DNA of 64,000 nt from Klebsormidium nitens. Taxonomy: Eukaryota; Plantae; Klebsormidiophyceae. Position 1 is the first letter of the stretch, and every line of letters begins with the position of its first letter. The translations under genes were made by a program, and so were the position numbers. Shown piece by piece: positions 12,358 through 25,300 of the stretch. The stretch is from the NCBI GenBank assembly GCA_000708835.1, contig DF237035.1, positions 7,899 through 71,898 on the forward strand, read 5' to 3'. Under the pieces are notes generated by a model. The model made no database searches. It was not told the origin of the DNA and was given only the letters and a program-made list of their open reading frames with translations.

Positions 12358-15104
12358 ATGTCACTGCTGAGGCTGACCTCCAAGGTCGGGCGGCAGGTTC
12401 TCAATGCATTCGAGCATTCGCAGAGCAGGAGTGTGACGTACATGCCAAGACCTGGGGAAGGGGCAACCAAAACTGTGACTCTCATCCCCGGAGATGGAGT
12501 GGGGCCCCTTGTGACTGGGGCCGTTGAGCAGGTCTTTGATGCAATGCACGCGCCTGTGGAATTCGAGAGGGTCGAGGCCTCTGGATCTATGAAAACGCTT
12601 CCGAAGGAGGTCCTTGATTCGATCAAGAAGAACAAGGTTGCTCTGAAGGGAGGACTGAAGACGTCAACGGGGGGAGGTACCAGCTCGCTCAATGTGCAGC
12701 TGCGAAAGGAGCTAGACCTCTATGCGAATCTTGTGAATTGCTTCAACATTCCGGGGATCCACACTCGCCACGACAACGTAAATATTGCCATCATTCGGGA
12801 AAACACAGAGGGGGAGTACAGCGGGTTGGAGCATGAAGTGATCCCAGGTGTTGTTGAAAGTTTGAAGGTGAGCAATTAATGGATAGATCTATCCATGGAT
12901 TTTCCATGCTTTGCAGCGGACAAGTCCAAATTGGCAGCTTGTTAGCTCAATGCAGTTGGGTAAGCCATTGGTACGGTCTTCTGCTTCGGCAAGCTGAGCT
13001 ATGATCTGATTTGTGAAATGGAAGTTCCTGACCGTGAATCAAAAGACAAGTCCATGGTTGGTTGCTGTGATGGATGACAGGATAAACCTGCTTCATTTGG
13101 GGCTGGTAACAGAAGTAGGGGATCTCAATTTTCCTTTCGTTGATTTGTGGGGCTAGGGGCAGCTCAAGCAGTCTCTTAAATTCATTAGCTCCATGCAGAT
13201 GTTGATTGCGGGATCAGCAATTGTGCCGTCCTATACAGCATTGTAGCAGCAGATCAATGCGGAATCATTTTCTGTCTCTTGACTGCGGTTGCAGCCCAAC
13301 GGGGCAGGCGTTGTTAAGCTGAGCTGTAACAGAGCGCTGTGGACTGCAGAGTCTCTGCGAGGCCAAGTGGGTTGGTTTTGTAAAATTTGCCCGAAACTGT
13401 CCATTTTGAGTATCGTACAGTCTGGTTCTCCTGACATTGCCTAGTGAAGGCAAGTGCCGCAGTTCTTTCAAGTGAAGAAGCATGCTGACGCGCCTGCTGT
13501 GGCCTTCGCTTTGCCTCTCTTCCGCAAGGTTATCACGAAGGTCAACTCCACGCGCATCGCTGAGTATGCTTTCGAGTATGCCTTCCTCAACAATCGGAAA
13601 ACTGTGACAGCAGTCCACAAGGCCAACATCATGAAGCTCGCTGATGGCCTATTTCTCGACTCCTGCCGAGCGGTCGCTAAGCAGTACCCGGGTAAGGGCT
13701 TGTAGCAGCTCAAGTTGGAGAAAAGTGCAGCAACTTCCTGCTTCATTTCCCTTCACAGCCTTTTTAAATATCCCCTCCAAGGACCTTATAACCCAAAAAT
13801 TTAGACCTTTTGCAGAACACTCACATCAAAAGTTTGTGGCCGGACTTCTCGTGCGCAAGCAGGAGCAATCCGCTTTTCCATATGTTGCCCCTCTCAAGCC
13901 TCTCTTTGCCGCTCGCAAACTGATTTGCAATTCCATAAATTAAGTTCTCACCAAGATACTGGCCATGGAATTCTGGTACAACCTGCTTCCGGCAATTGTC
14001 AATCAGAGAACATGCTTCTGCGGATTTACGTGCTTGGTATTGAGAATGCAGGTATCAAGTACAATGAGATCATTGTGGACAACTGCTGCATGCAGCTGGT
14101 CAGCAGGCCGGAGCAGTTTGACGTCATGGTGAGTTGGGCCATTCCGACTTTGACTGCTTATCAGGATTAGCAAAGCGCTTTTTTATACCGCCTCTTATTG
14201 CTCTTGCTGGCATTTCTAGTTTCCTGACATGCACGTCAGTATCCTGCGCGCAAACTGAGGATGTTTTTATCTGAAGCACAGCTTTGTTTCGGCTATCTGC
14301 CATCTTCTCCCAACAAATGCAAACCCGGGCAATCCTTGGTATACAATAGGTGGAGCTTACAGAGTCCCGGTCATAACAGGATCTCAGGATAGCAAGAAGG
14401 GGGCCATAGAGTTCAGTTAGGATTTACCTCCATCTGCCGCCATCATCTTGTGCTTATGTCAGCTCAGGAAACTTCCTGAATGCAGGTCACGCCCAATCTA
14501 TACGGGACCCTGGTCGCAAACACGGCGGCTGGTATCGCAGGCGGCACAGGGGTGATGCCAGGAGGTATGAAATTCCTGCGAGATTGTCAATTGATATGAT
14601 GTTGCAGGGCGCCAGTTCAACTGTCAGTTGGAGATTACGAATTAGCAGTGCCATAATTGAGTTGCTGTTTTCTGCTCTAAAAGCGTGCTCTCAACACAGG
14701 GAAAGCAGGCTTTTCCTGGACAGAGAGTAATTGTCTACCAAAAAGTTGAAGGGCGTTCCAATCTGTGTGTCTTTTGCATCAGAAACACAAACATGGGATG
14801 AGTTACAAAGGATGCACCGGTTTCTGCAGGAAATGTGGGCAGGGACTACGCCATCTTCGAGCAAGGCGCGTCAGCTGGAAACGTCGGCAACGAGAAGATC
14901 CTGGCCCAGAAGAGTGCCAACCCCGTTGCGCTCCTGCTCTCTTCGGCCATGATGCTTCGCCATTTGCAATTCCCTTCCTTTGCCGATAACTTGGAACAGG
15001 CGGTCTTTGGGGTTCTTCAGGAAGAGAAGATTCTGACGAAGGACTTGGGCGGAAGCTCAACAACGCAAGAGTTCGTTGACGGGGTCATTGCAAGGTTGGA
15101 GTGA
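12358..15104 (+). CDS. IDH1: Mitochondrial NAD-dependent isocitrate dehydrogenase, regulatory subunit (plant IDH1/IDH2 type), 5 exons, 367 aa
   Basis: Exons 12358-12867, 13529-13691, 14052-14128, 14486-14564, 14830-15104 (1104 nt). Motifs [62 protein letters not shown]. The exact paralogue is uncertain. Confidence 0.95.
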
Positions 15105-16219
15105 TCAGACGGATCTGTGGGTCCTTACCTGATACCGAAAAGGCTGCGTATGACTCTTCCTGCAAACCGAGCGGGCAGCAGTGATTACCTCTGGAAGGTA
15201 CTGCTGGACGATCGTATACTTGACGCTGTATAAAGCACCTGCTAGAGAAGTGGAGGGATGGAGCTTTCAACATTGTACAGATTACAGGTCCAACTTCATG
15301 ATTGTAGCTTTCAGGGAGCCTTACTATTAATAGCCTATTCTTATTGTCTATGGTGATCCATCATTGCGTTGGATGTGTATCGTAATTTGGACACTGCAAG
15401 TGTGTACGTTGCGAACGAGTTCACCCCAATCATCTACGGTATCGTGCAAAGCCTATGAGCAATTAGCGGAACTCATGCATGACGTCCGCCGCGGTCGTGC
15501 GATGGAGCTACAGCCAAACCGTGCATCCACTTCAAATTGTAGTACTGAGCTCTGTACCAAACATCTTTAAGCGTTTGTGTGCATCAAATCAAGCTAATTG
15601 AATTCTCATGCAAATGCAAGGCCTGATCAAAAATATGTAATCTGCCAGTGTCACTAGCATAATTATATGAGTTTGCAATTGGAGCTGTTTTCTTGGCCTT
15701 GGCGCGATTGATTGTATCAGATATACCTATACTATTATTAGTTGCGCGCATATATACCTGGCAGCCCCGCGCTCGTGTCAATCTGTCGCATGCTGGCTGT
15801 AGCGCAAACCCTCGCACACTGGCACACTAGCTTGACACGGATGCACATGTCAAGTCAACTTACTCCTTATCCAGATTTGCCTCGTCGCTTCCAATTACAT
15901 GTCCGCGCAAGAGAGATGGGCTGGTGATTGCTTCCTGGTGTTTGAGATGCTGGCAGTCGAGATTGCTTACAACCTGCTTACAAAGCATCCGTTCGATTGC
16001 ACATTCTGAGTTGCCCTTCTTTCAGCTGCACGGTTCTGCCGGCCGTCTCTCACAGAGAAACCGCAGCCTCCTAGACGGATCTCCATGTCGGCCTACAAGT
16101 TACAGGGAAGTTCTTAGCCTGTCCAATTGAAGCTGAGGACCCTCACTAGCAGAATTTGACATTTATGTTAGGCAAGCGCTATCATGCGAGGCCGAGCCTA
16201 GGCCGGACTCCGCGCTTCT

Positions 16220-19200
16220 CTATCCTTGCAAAAAGCCTGTGATCCTTTCGACCAGCTCTTCTTTCTTGCCCCCAACTCTCTGCTTGTGCTGGCTCAGGAA
16301 GTTCTTCATTTGAGGTACGCTGAGATCCTTGAGCTTCTGATCCGCATACTTCGCGCGTACCTGTAAGTCAGCAATACAGCGCGTGTCTGTCACTCAGTTT
16401 CCTACGAGGATTTGTGATAAGTAAGGACACGGCTTCGAAGGATCTCCTGGCGGTTAGGCGCACCGGTACTATCTTGAAGAGGAATCAAGACGGCGGCATC
16501 TTACCAGAGCGTCGACTTCGTTGACATCTAGATCCGCGGCAGTTGTCCTCTTCCGGGGGGCCTTCTCAGCGGCGCCTTCGTGCGCTTTACCATCAGACTG
16601 GCGTCGAGAAGAAGGAAGCAGACCGTCAGATAAGACAGCAAAAAAGAGCGGTTCGTAGCCGCTTACCTCTCCCGTTATGCATGAGCTACTTCATCGCAGT
16701 CAGTATGTCAGCCGCTATAGTGTATGCGTGTCCTGACCTTGATCCATTTGCGTGCAAGAAGTTGATAACAAACAAAATGGAATCTTGCGCTGACTTCTTT
16801 TCACTGCCCTGGATCAGCATGAAGTGCACCATTTGTTCCATATTTCTGAAAGATGTTTGCTGTTACATTCCTGTTGTTGTTGCGGCCAAAGCCCTCTTGG
16901 TGCAGGCGACGGTTCATGCTTCCTCTACTTCGAGCCAGAATTGGGGACATACCTGCTTCTCGCCAGATATGCTTACCGTCTTTTGCTTCTTCTTCCCGCT
17001 CCCTTCGTCCCCGGCCTCGGCTTTCTTTCGCTTGGTCGTGACGTCAGTGGAGCCCTACGTCAATCAAATCACTGTCGATCACGAGATGACAGAAGCCAAC
17101 AGAGGGAGTCGCACATAGTCTGCTACTATGTTCACAATCTTGTACCAACATATCGCAAACGAACCAAATTAGAGATGTCAAGCTAGATAGGCAGCGACCT
17201 CAGCAAAGACAAGCTGAAGAATTCCATTTCACCTTGTTCTGCAGGTCTTCGTTCCCTGACGGGCCCTTGGAGCCCACGCTTTTTGGAGCCGCGGTCTTTG
17301 CCTTAGGTACCTTGGTACCGGAGGCCTTCGTGTCGGGAGCTTTGGCTCCGCCGGGGCCCTTCGGTCGGCTCCCAAAAGAAGGAGCCATGAGCTTGCCGCC
17401 GTTCTGAACTGCGTTTCCGGACGGCTTGCTGACTCGGATGGGAGGGGGCGCAGGTGCGGCGGCGGTGCGAGGTAAGTCGGTAGTTCGTTGGCCTACTGGA
17501 ATGCATTGGTTGGAGGGGGTCTCAAAAGGAAGTGGTGAAAAGCAAGCGTTTGTAGTCATGAAAGTCGCTTGAAGCCTTGTCTCCATTCAAAGATCAAAGC
17601 ACGGGAGTCTCGTCGACGACGTTTCCACGTGCAGAATTCGGTATGTTTGGATTCAGCAAGCTTTATCCAGCGGAAATGGATGATGTGATCTAAACAAGTC
17701 TCCATGGGACTTTGCTGCATCCTGGTGACTACCACAAACACCTTGCACCAATAAGTGATTTAAACGGATAAAAGGAGGTAGGGCTTATACGCACCTTGTG
17801 GCACAAAAAAAGTTCCGCTTCGCTTCTTGAAGCTCGGGACGATCAGTGGCCGATCTGCTGGTCGCTGCGCTGGTTGCACGGAAGCCTTCTCCATGCTCGT
17901 GCTGCGAACCTTGGCAGGGGCTTCTTCATCTGTTCCGTTACCAGCACGGCTAATTACGACCGGCTTTTCATGCCGGATAACTGCAAGAAATACTACGTCA
18001 AGTAACTCTAAAATACAAAAGTTGTAATGGTTTGATTGCAGACGGCGTTTCTTAAGGTAACACACCTGAAGCTTAGACTGGGCAGTAGCAAGAAACGCCT
18101 CGAACGAAGCTCAATCTTGTGACTGCTCCGAGCGAGGGATCTCAACTCTTTCAGTGGTACTGGCAGCTTCTCATTAGAAATTGGGTTTCCAACAACTTAC
18201 CAGGCAGCGTCTGAAGCTCGACGAGATTTGAGGGTGGGCACTTCAAAGGCCCGCCCTTCCCCGCCTCCTCGGAACCTTCTTTAACCGCGGCCCAGACAGG
18301 TGCGTGGCCCAAGAGTTTTGGCTTCGCGGACTGACCTGAACCTTCGCGGCGCTGCACACATGGCAATTTCTCGCCTATTCACTCCATGTAAGGTTTCCAG
18401 CTTTCAGTCCTCGCTTCCAGTCATCGGGCTCCGATGAGTTACATGAGCAGGAACCGCTCGTCCAGACATTTCCTTACGTAGTTTCGCAGTGGAGTTCCAT
18501 TTCGGTCTACCTCTGCACCTTAATCAAGGCACGTCGTGCAATCTATAACAACCTGTTGGGCTTACACACCTCGCTTCCAAACATTGACCCGTTCGATGAT
18601 TGTCATGAGAAGCAAACAGTCCTTTGCATCTCGTCCTGAAGCTGTGCAATGCCTATCGGAATCCGTTCTAATTCTAATTAGATATTGAATCATGATATTT
18701 CGAACTTCGAAGCCTTACCTTCACTCTCAAAGGAGCCGCTCCAAAGAACGTGCAGGCTGCGCAGAAAAAAAGTATCATTGAACGTGGTCTTTGAGACATC
18801 TTATTGTCCAGATCAATATGACACTCAACGATCAGTTTCTTTCTGCGTAACAAAGAGAATTTTGAAAGTTCTCGGTTTGGCGCATTGCTATCAAGTTACT
18901 AGGGCTTCTTTGCGGGGGGCCAGGCACACCGACAGACTGGATTGCCTTGATTTCTGTTGTTCGGTTGTGTATGGAAGGTCTGCACAAGATCGTGACAAAT
19001 CACCGATGGAGTGTTGTTCACGAGCAGGTAACGGCTAGTAGCGAACCTTCAACGTCTTTGAGGAACTGCAAAAGGGCAGGCTCCATCCTTGTGTTCTGTA
19101 TCGAAGGAGCAGCAGGAACCAAACCCCCAGAGGTCAGAACGCAACAGCTGGGAAAGCTGCACAAACGCAAGGTTTGCAATCACGTCTTCGCCGGAAAGCC

Positions 19201-21356
19201 CTGTGCGACTTAGAAACTCCGTGCTCGAGAGATGGGACGAAAGGCTTATTGATCGAGGAAGACAAAATAGTTCGTGAGCATTCTGCAATATAGTACCGAC
19301 TCCTCCGGCCGCAGAAAATGCAGAAAAGTGCAAAGCTTACAGTACAGCTTTGCTTTCTGGCTGGAAGGAGAAGCGCACTCGCAGGAAAGCAAACTCTTTC
19401 GTGAGTTTGATACCGTACTGCAAACACGACACAACCTTTACTTGATTAGTACACCTTCAAGATCCTGGCAGATCCTTAACCTCTTACTTTGTCCCTTTTA
19501 AATAAAAGCAGAGACTGTAATGCAAGAAAAGCAGGCAATTAACAAAACCTGACGGCAAACGGATTTCGAACGGCAGAAAGTTTTATCAAAGAGCATTATT
19601 GATGACCAGAGCAATGACTCGCTTTGCAAACCTTCTGCGATGCGATCGATTCTCACCTTCTCGAGCCACAGCGTCCGAAGATACTCCGTGGATACCCCTG
19701 CTGGAGGAGAGGAGCATGCTGCGACCAAATACCCAGGCTCAAGCGTGGGAAGCACTCGACACTCGAAGTTGCTCAGGCTGTCTTCGCTGTGAGCGTAGAT
19801 CCAGTCCATTAGGTTGACGTTCTCCCCTTCATGAAACTTGGGGCGCAGGCTTTCTGGCAGCGCTTCGAGGTACTGTAGCAGTCAGGTAGGGGCCTCGTGT
19901 AAGCAGGCCTTCAACGGTTGTGGCAGGAGAGATAGGTAAACAACTTGATTGAAAGTTGTCAGTTGGAAAGGCCAGAAGATGCACTAAAAAATTTGCTTTA
20001 AACACTAAAGCAAGTTGAATAGGCTTCGACGCCAGCTTCGAAATGTCAGTCCGAAACACACGGATTGATCACGAGTAACCTAAAGGCAAGTTGGTGGCAA
20101 AGGTAGGAGCCAAAAGAGAGCTCGGACGAATCTGTGTAGGAACAGCTCTCTGTGTTCCTAGTACCTTGAATTGACGAAAGCGGGCTGCTCCAAAGCTCAA
20201 CACGAGGTCGATCTTGGATTTCGGCTCCAAACGGACGTCCTGATGGAAACGGAGAAACGTTTGAAAGAAGGCAGGCGTTGATTGAAAACCGATGTGTATG
20301 AAATGGCGGTTCTGCTACGACATCGTATTACGGAAGAAAAGCCCGTGGAAGTGTGGAGATGCATGAAGATTCAGTGCGTCGTCTGTGGACTGACTCGAAC
20401 AAGCGAAGCTTAGCCCTGACTCCTCACCAGCTCGACCGTGTCCACAACAGAACGCTCAACACCCGCTGTCAAGTTGCTACGAACAAGAAGCCTGCCGAAA
20501 GGCATCCAGCCCTGTTTTCGCAGTCCTCTCCTCAGAACTGATTCAACGGCAACTTCGAGCAGCCTGCCTTCGTCGACAGCCGAGTCAGCGGACTTGTCAA
20601 AGGACACCTGCAGGTAAAACATAGCCTGTAAATCCTTTCCCTGGATCCCGGTGTTTCAAGGATTGCCCTGTCTGCAGCCTTGTGTAGTCACTTGGCGAAG
20701 GTTTTGCAATCCAAGGCTTTTGAACTGACAATCTTCAACGTTTCCTCTGCAAGTCATCCAGTACAGCGAATCTGCCCTTTTTTATGGACACTGTAACCCA
20801 TACTGGTGTAGCGGCGCAGATTTAGGAACATGAGCTGCATGAGATTCGCAGCGGCTTACTTGTAACTTCTTCTTGACTTTCTTCAGCATCTTCTTTACTG
20901 CCTTCTTCCGTGTAGCCTGCGACAAGAGGATCGAGCTTCTTCGAAGGTGGTATTCGAGGGCAGCTGTACAAGATCGGAAACGTGCCGCAGGAAGGTTCTG
21001 ATGTCTCCAACTGAGAGGCATTTGAGTCGCAGCTTGTGAACGCCTGCAATCAAAGCGCAGCATGACAGTATACCGGGAGGCTTGCTTGCTGTATCGTTTC
21101 GTACCTCCACTACGACAAGGATGCGGTTCTCTGAAGCAGCTACCGCAGCGCAATTCTCCCCAACAATGCTTTCGAGCTTCCACGCCAGATCTCTTAACGG
21201 GTCTGCGTACGTGTCTAAAAGGGTGCCATCTTTCAGAAATGTAGTCGAGCTGGACTCATTCCCAAACACAAGATGCAGGCACTTCAAACCAGCGGGCAAC
21301 GAGAACGGAGTATCTGCTACGATGGTGATGACGTTCGAACCCGCTTGCATCTCCAT
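16220..21356 (-). CDS. DUF4708 / C18orf63-like protein with C-terminal SAP domain (multi-exon; internal boundaries partly approximate)
   Basis: Segments LKCLHLVF...RILVVVE, GWMPFGRLLV, CRVLPTLEPG..W-YGIKL, LWGF and IVPSFKK parallel motifs I recall from C18orf63. Last exon 16220-16360 encodes LKDLSVPQMKNFLSQHKQRVGGKKEELVERITGFL, a SAP consensus. Flanking splice sites are canonical. Confidence 0.75.
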
Positions 21357-22354
21357 CTCGCCAGTTCAATGTCAGCATCCACTGCTAATATGGTCAGATA
21401 GCATGTGTCCGCTCATAATGGTCGCTGCAGCCGATCTCAATTGAGCCGAAAACCTGTTGCAAATGTCCTCACTTCCAAGTGCGTCCCTTTAAAAAGAGGC
21501 AACAGAAGTAAAAACTTCGGCTTGGAAGATCTTCTCGCCCCCTGCCAAGCTGCCAAGACGAGCTAATGAGCGTGTTTTACATGTACACTGACTCTATACC
21601 TCGATCTTCCACTATTGGCCTCCCAAGCCGCTGAGCTTGTCGCACCCTTCTTCGAAAGATGTGCGCAGCTCAGCTGATGTGTGCCGGAGTCAGCAGGTGA
21701 TGTCCACCATTACGACCATCGCTACCAATCATTGTGCACCGGGCGCGCGTCTGGCGACTGCGCGGCCGCGTTGGACATGCGGCCCGCGTGCCAGACTAGC
21801 CTGCTACTTGGACGCATAGTACGCGCGCTTCACGCGCACTTGAGTTCTGCCGCCAAGAAGGAAGAACTCGATTCTTGAACAGGTCTGCTGAATGACTCCG
21901 GACTCTTGAGTTCTGCGTTTGGAGCTGGCTGCCAGGGCGCTTGAGTCACAGGACCTTCAGCCTTCAGGAGGCAGCTATTTCAGGAGGCAGCTCTGCTTCT
22001 GAGAGCTCTCTGTTCCTAGCTTCAGATGCAGTCCTGATCTAAGATCAGCAGACCCCGTGTACTTCAAGGTGGCCAGATGCTCTCTTAGAGGTTAGAGCGA
22101 TAGCATGTTTTTAGAATGGCTGCGTCCTCGTCCGCGTTTTCAGAACAATTCTAGCATCTAATGATCTACGTTTTCAGGCCGGTGGTGGCAAGCAACTGCT
22201 CTGAGTAGGACAGATACGGTGCTATGTAGGATTGTGGCGTCACACGAATCAGCAGTTGGACGGAAAGAGCAAGAACTGTTTGTCCAAAAGGTCGTGGTCA
22301 ACCGGGGTGACCTTTTTCCAAGTATAACTCTGACGACATAGTCAAAGGGTCAAG

Positions 22355-25300
22355 ATGAGTGCCTCCAAACCCAAAAAGTCGTTCAAGATCGAGCCGTTCA
22401 AGCATAAGGTGGAGATGGACCCTGACTATGCCAACAACACCTGGAAAGTGCTGGAGGACGCAATCCATGAGATTTACAACCATAATGCCAGCGGCCTGAG
22501 TTTTGAGGAGCTCTACAGGCAAGTGTTTTGACAGTTTCACCCTGCTTTGAGCAGACTCAGCCGGCACATTTCTTCCTTGTGGTGCTTGACTTGTCGCAGT
22601 TCAAAAAAAATTCTCTTGTTCATATCTGCTCTATCACCCAGGTTTTCTATGCTGCTTGATGCTTGCTGAAACCCTAGTTTTGTCTCGACAGTTTTGTGAT
22701 GCCTGGTTGTTACCAACTGCCTGGTCCCTTGTTTGGGGTATGTTGCATCCCTTCTCCTTGGGCAATCTCCTGTGCATTGCCGGAAGACTGGTCCGCATCC
22801 AAGTATACAATGACTTGACTTTAGGGTGTCTTAAGTGAACAAAGCTGGAACCATGGCGCCGGAATGGTTGCTTCTGAGCAGCAATTTGCCAGACAGCTTA
22901 CTTTCCTGCTTATTGGTGCCTGGGCAGAACAGTTTCAACGTATCTTAGAGTTGACAACGTTCTGCAACTGAGGACTGGACGGTATTTCTTTTTTACTCCA
23001 GAATAGTTGCATGAGATTTGCCCCATCATCCTTGGCTTTTCCCTTGAGAACATCCTGCAGATCTTTGTGGAGTCGGTGCAACCTGCAAGACCAAACAATG
23101 TCGAGTTGGCTTGGCAGGACCGTTTTTTGGGTTGACTTCGGGCATGCCACCATAAGGATTTGTTTTGCGCTATTCTTCTCTAAATTCCACAAGCGAAGAG
23201 TTGTTCCTGTTGGAGACGAGAATTTCATTTCTCATCATTGGATAGAGACACATATGTCTAACAGCTTTGAACAAACGTCCTTCTTCCCCCGCATTCATGG
23301 TCCCCTTTCTTTTCCCGACAGGAGCGCCTACAACATGGTCCTTCACAAGTATGGCAATAAGCTGTACGAGGGCCTGACCACCACAATGACCAATCAGCTG
23401 CAGAAGGTGGCGGGGCAGATTGACGCTGCTCAGGGGGACACCTTTCTTGAGGAGCTCAATCTGAAGTGGCTGGACCACAACAAATCGCTCCAGATGATCC
23501 GAGACATTCTAATGTACATGGACCGGACATACGTCACCAACCAGAACAAGGTTCCGGTGCATGAGCTGGGGCTGAACCTGTGGAGGGATGCTATCGTGCG
23601 CAACGGCAGGATCCGGGACCGCCTGCTGAAGACGCTGCTGGACCTGGTGCACAAGGAGCGCACGGGGGAGGTGATCAACAGGTGGGAGAGCAGATTGGGG
23701 CAGGAATGGAAACCAGAGTAGGAAGGAAACGAGAGTCACTGGTCGGTTCTCAGATGCGTTTTCGTTAGCCTTTTCTAGCAGTCTCTTGAGGTGCTCTCGT
23801 TGGAGACAGAGACTGGAAAGCAGAGGCGGCTGCCAAACTGGGGGGGTATGATATTACAGACCTGATGACGTTGCTGAATTGGCATCCCTGTCTTTGTTCT
23901 CTGCTTTTAAACAAACGTGAATTCGCTTACAATTGTTCAGGTTCCCCTATGGCATTATTTTCGTTTAACCAACTTATTGCAGCACCCTGAGCAGGAGATC
24001 TAGTGGGCGAAGGAACCTTCAAGCACTTTTAGCTTTTGTCACACTGCAAATTGCTGAGCTGGTGCGTTGCGGTTGATTTGTAAACGGATCGGCCCATTTT
24101 GTGCAACTCTTTAGCAAGAATTGCTACCCGGTTTGTGTCGCCTATTCCGCTGTGTAGTCGTAGGCGATTCCCTTTGCAGTCAGACATGTTTAGACGGAGG
24201 TTACCTTTCGGTGTTTGGCGAGCGCAGCGTTTTGGACTCTGCTCTAATGCTTCTCGCTCCTCTCCCAGTAGCCAACTTCCAGCAAGGCTTGGCCCATTCA
24301 CACTCATCGTCCTCCCAGGAGTTGGCTCATGCACGAGTAACCTATTTCAGGCAGACCCGTCCTAACAAGCGGAGATGCTCGCAAACGATTTGTGGTTTTT
24401 CTTTTTCGCGACGCTTTGACACCGACCTGCCTTTTGTCCAGGGGCCTGATGCGCAACGTGACCAAGATGTTCGTCGACCTCGGGCAGACCGTCTACCTGG
24501 AAGACTTCGAGAAGCCGTTCCTTGACGCCACCGCCGACTTCTACAAGGCGGAGGCGCAGCAGTTCATCTCCACGAGCGACTGCACCGACTACCTGCGCAA
24601 GGCCGAGAAGCGGCTAAATGAGGAGATCGAGCGGGTGGCGCACTATCTGGACCAGAAGACGGAGAGCAAGCTGACGACGGTGGTGGAGCGCGAGATGATC
24701 GGGAACCACATGAAGCTGCTGGTGGAGATGGAGAACTCGGGCCTCGTGTCGATGCTGACCAACGACAAGTATGAGGACCTCGCGCGCATGTACAACCTCT
24801 TCCGGTGAGCGCTCGCTCTGTCGCCGGTTCGTGTGAAGGCATTTCCGTTACTCAAGCTCGTCGTCCACTTTGCCCCACTGCTGACCACGTGCAAAGCCTC
24901 CGCAGGGGAGCGCTGCATTCTCTTGCCGTTTTGTCTGTTCGTTTATTAAAGGCGACTTGCGGTGTTGCTCTCGCTTACCCTCGTCCTTTTACGCACTTCT
25001 GTTTGCTTCGCTAGTGCCCGGGCGTGCAAGCTCTTTTGCAAGTAGCGCCCTGCGACCACAGTTCCTGCCCTCTCCATTCGGCCGTTTAGTGTCTAAAGAT
25101 TCTCCTACCAACAAGCTCACGAGTAGCAGCTATTCTTATACACACTTCTACTGCTCCCAATCTCCACTAGTGCCCCATGAAACCTTCTGTTAGCCCCTCC
25201 GATCCCCAATTCACGCCTTCCTCTGACCTGCCTTCTTTCTCGCCAGGCGCGTCCCGACGGGCCTCCAGACAGTGCGGGACCTGATGACGTCACACCTACG

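Noticed and set aside
11922-12692. 256-aa minus-strand ORF
   Set aside because: Shadow of IDH exon 1 and its leader.
16543-17118. 191-aa plus-strand ORF
   Set aside because: Antisense across exons and introns of the DUF4708-SAP gene, with no homology signal.
21637-21878. Short GC-rich plus-strand ORFs between DUF4708 and CUL3
   Set aside because: No motifs or supporting exons. More simply a CpG-rich promoter region.
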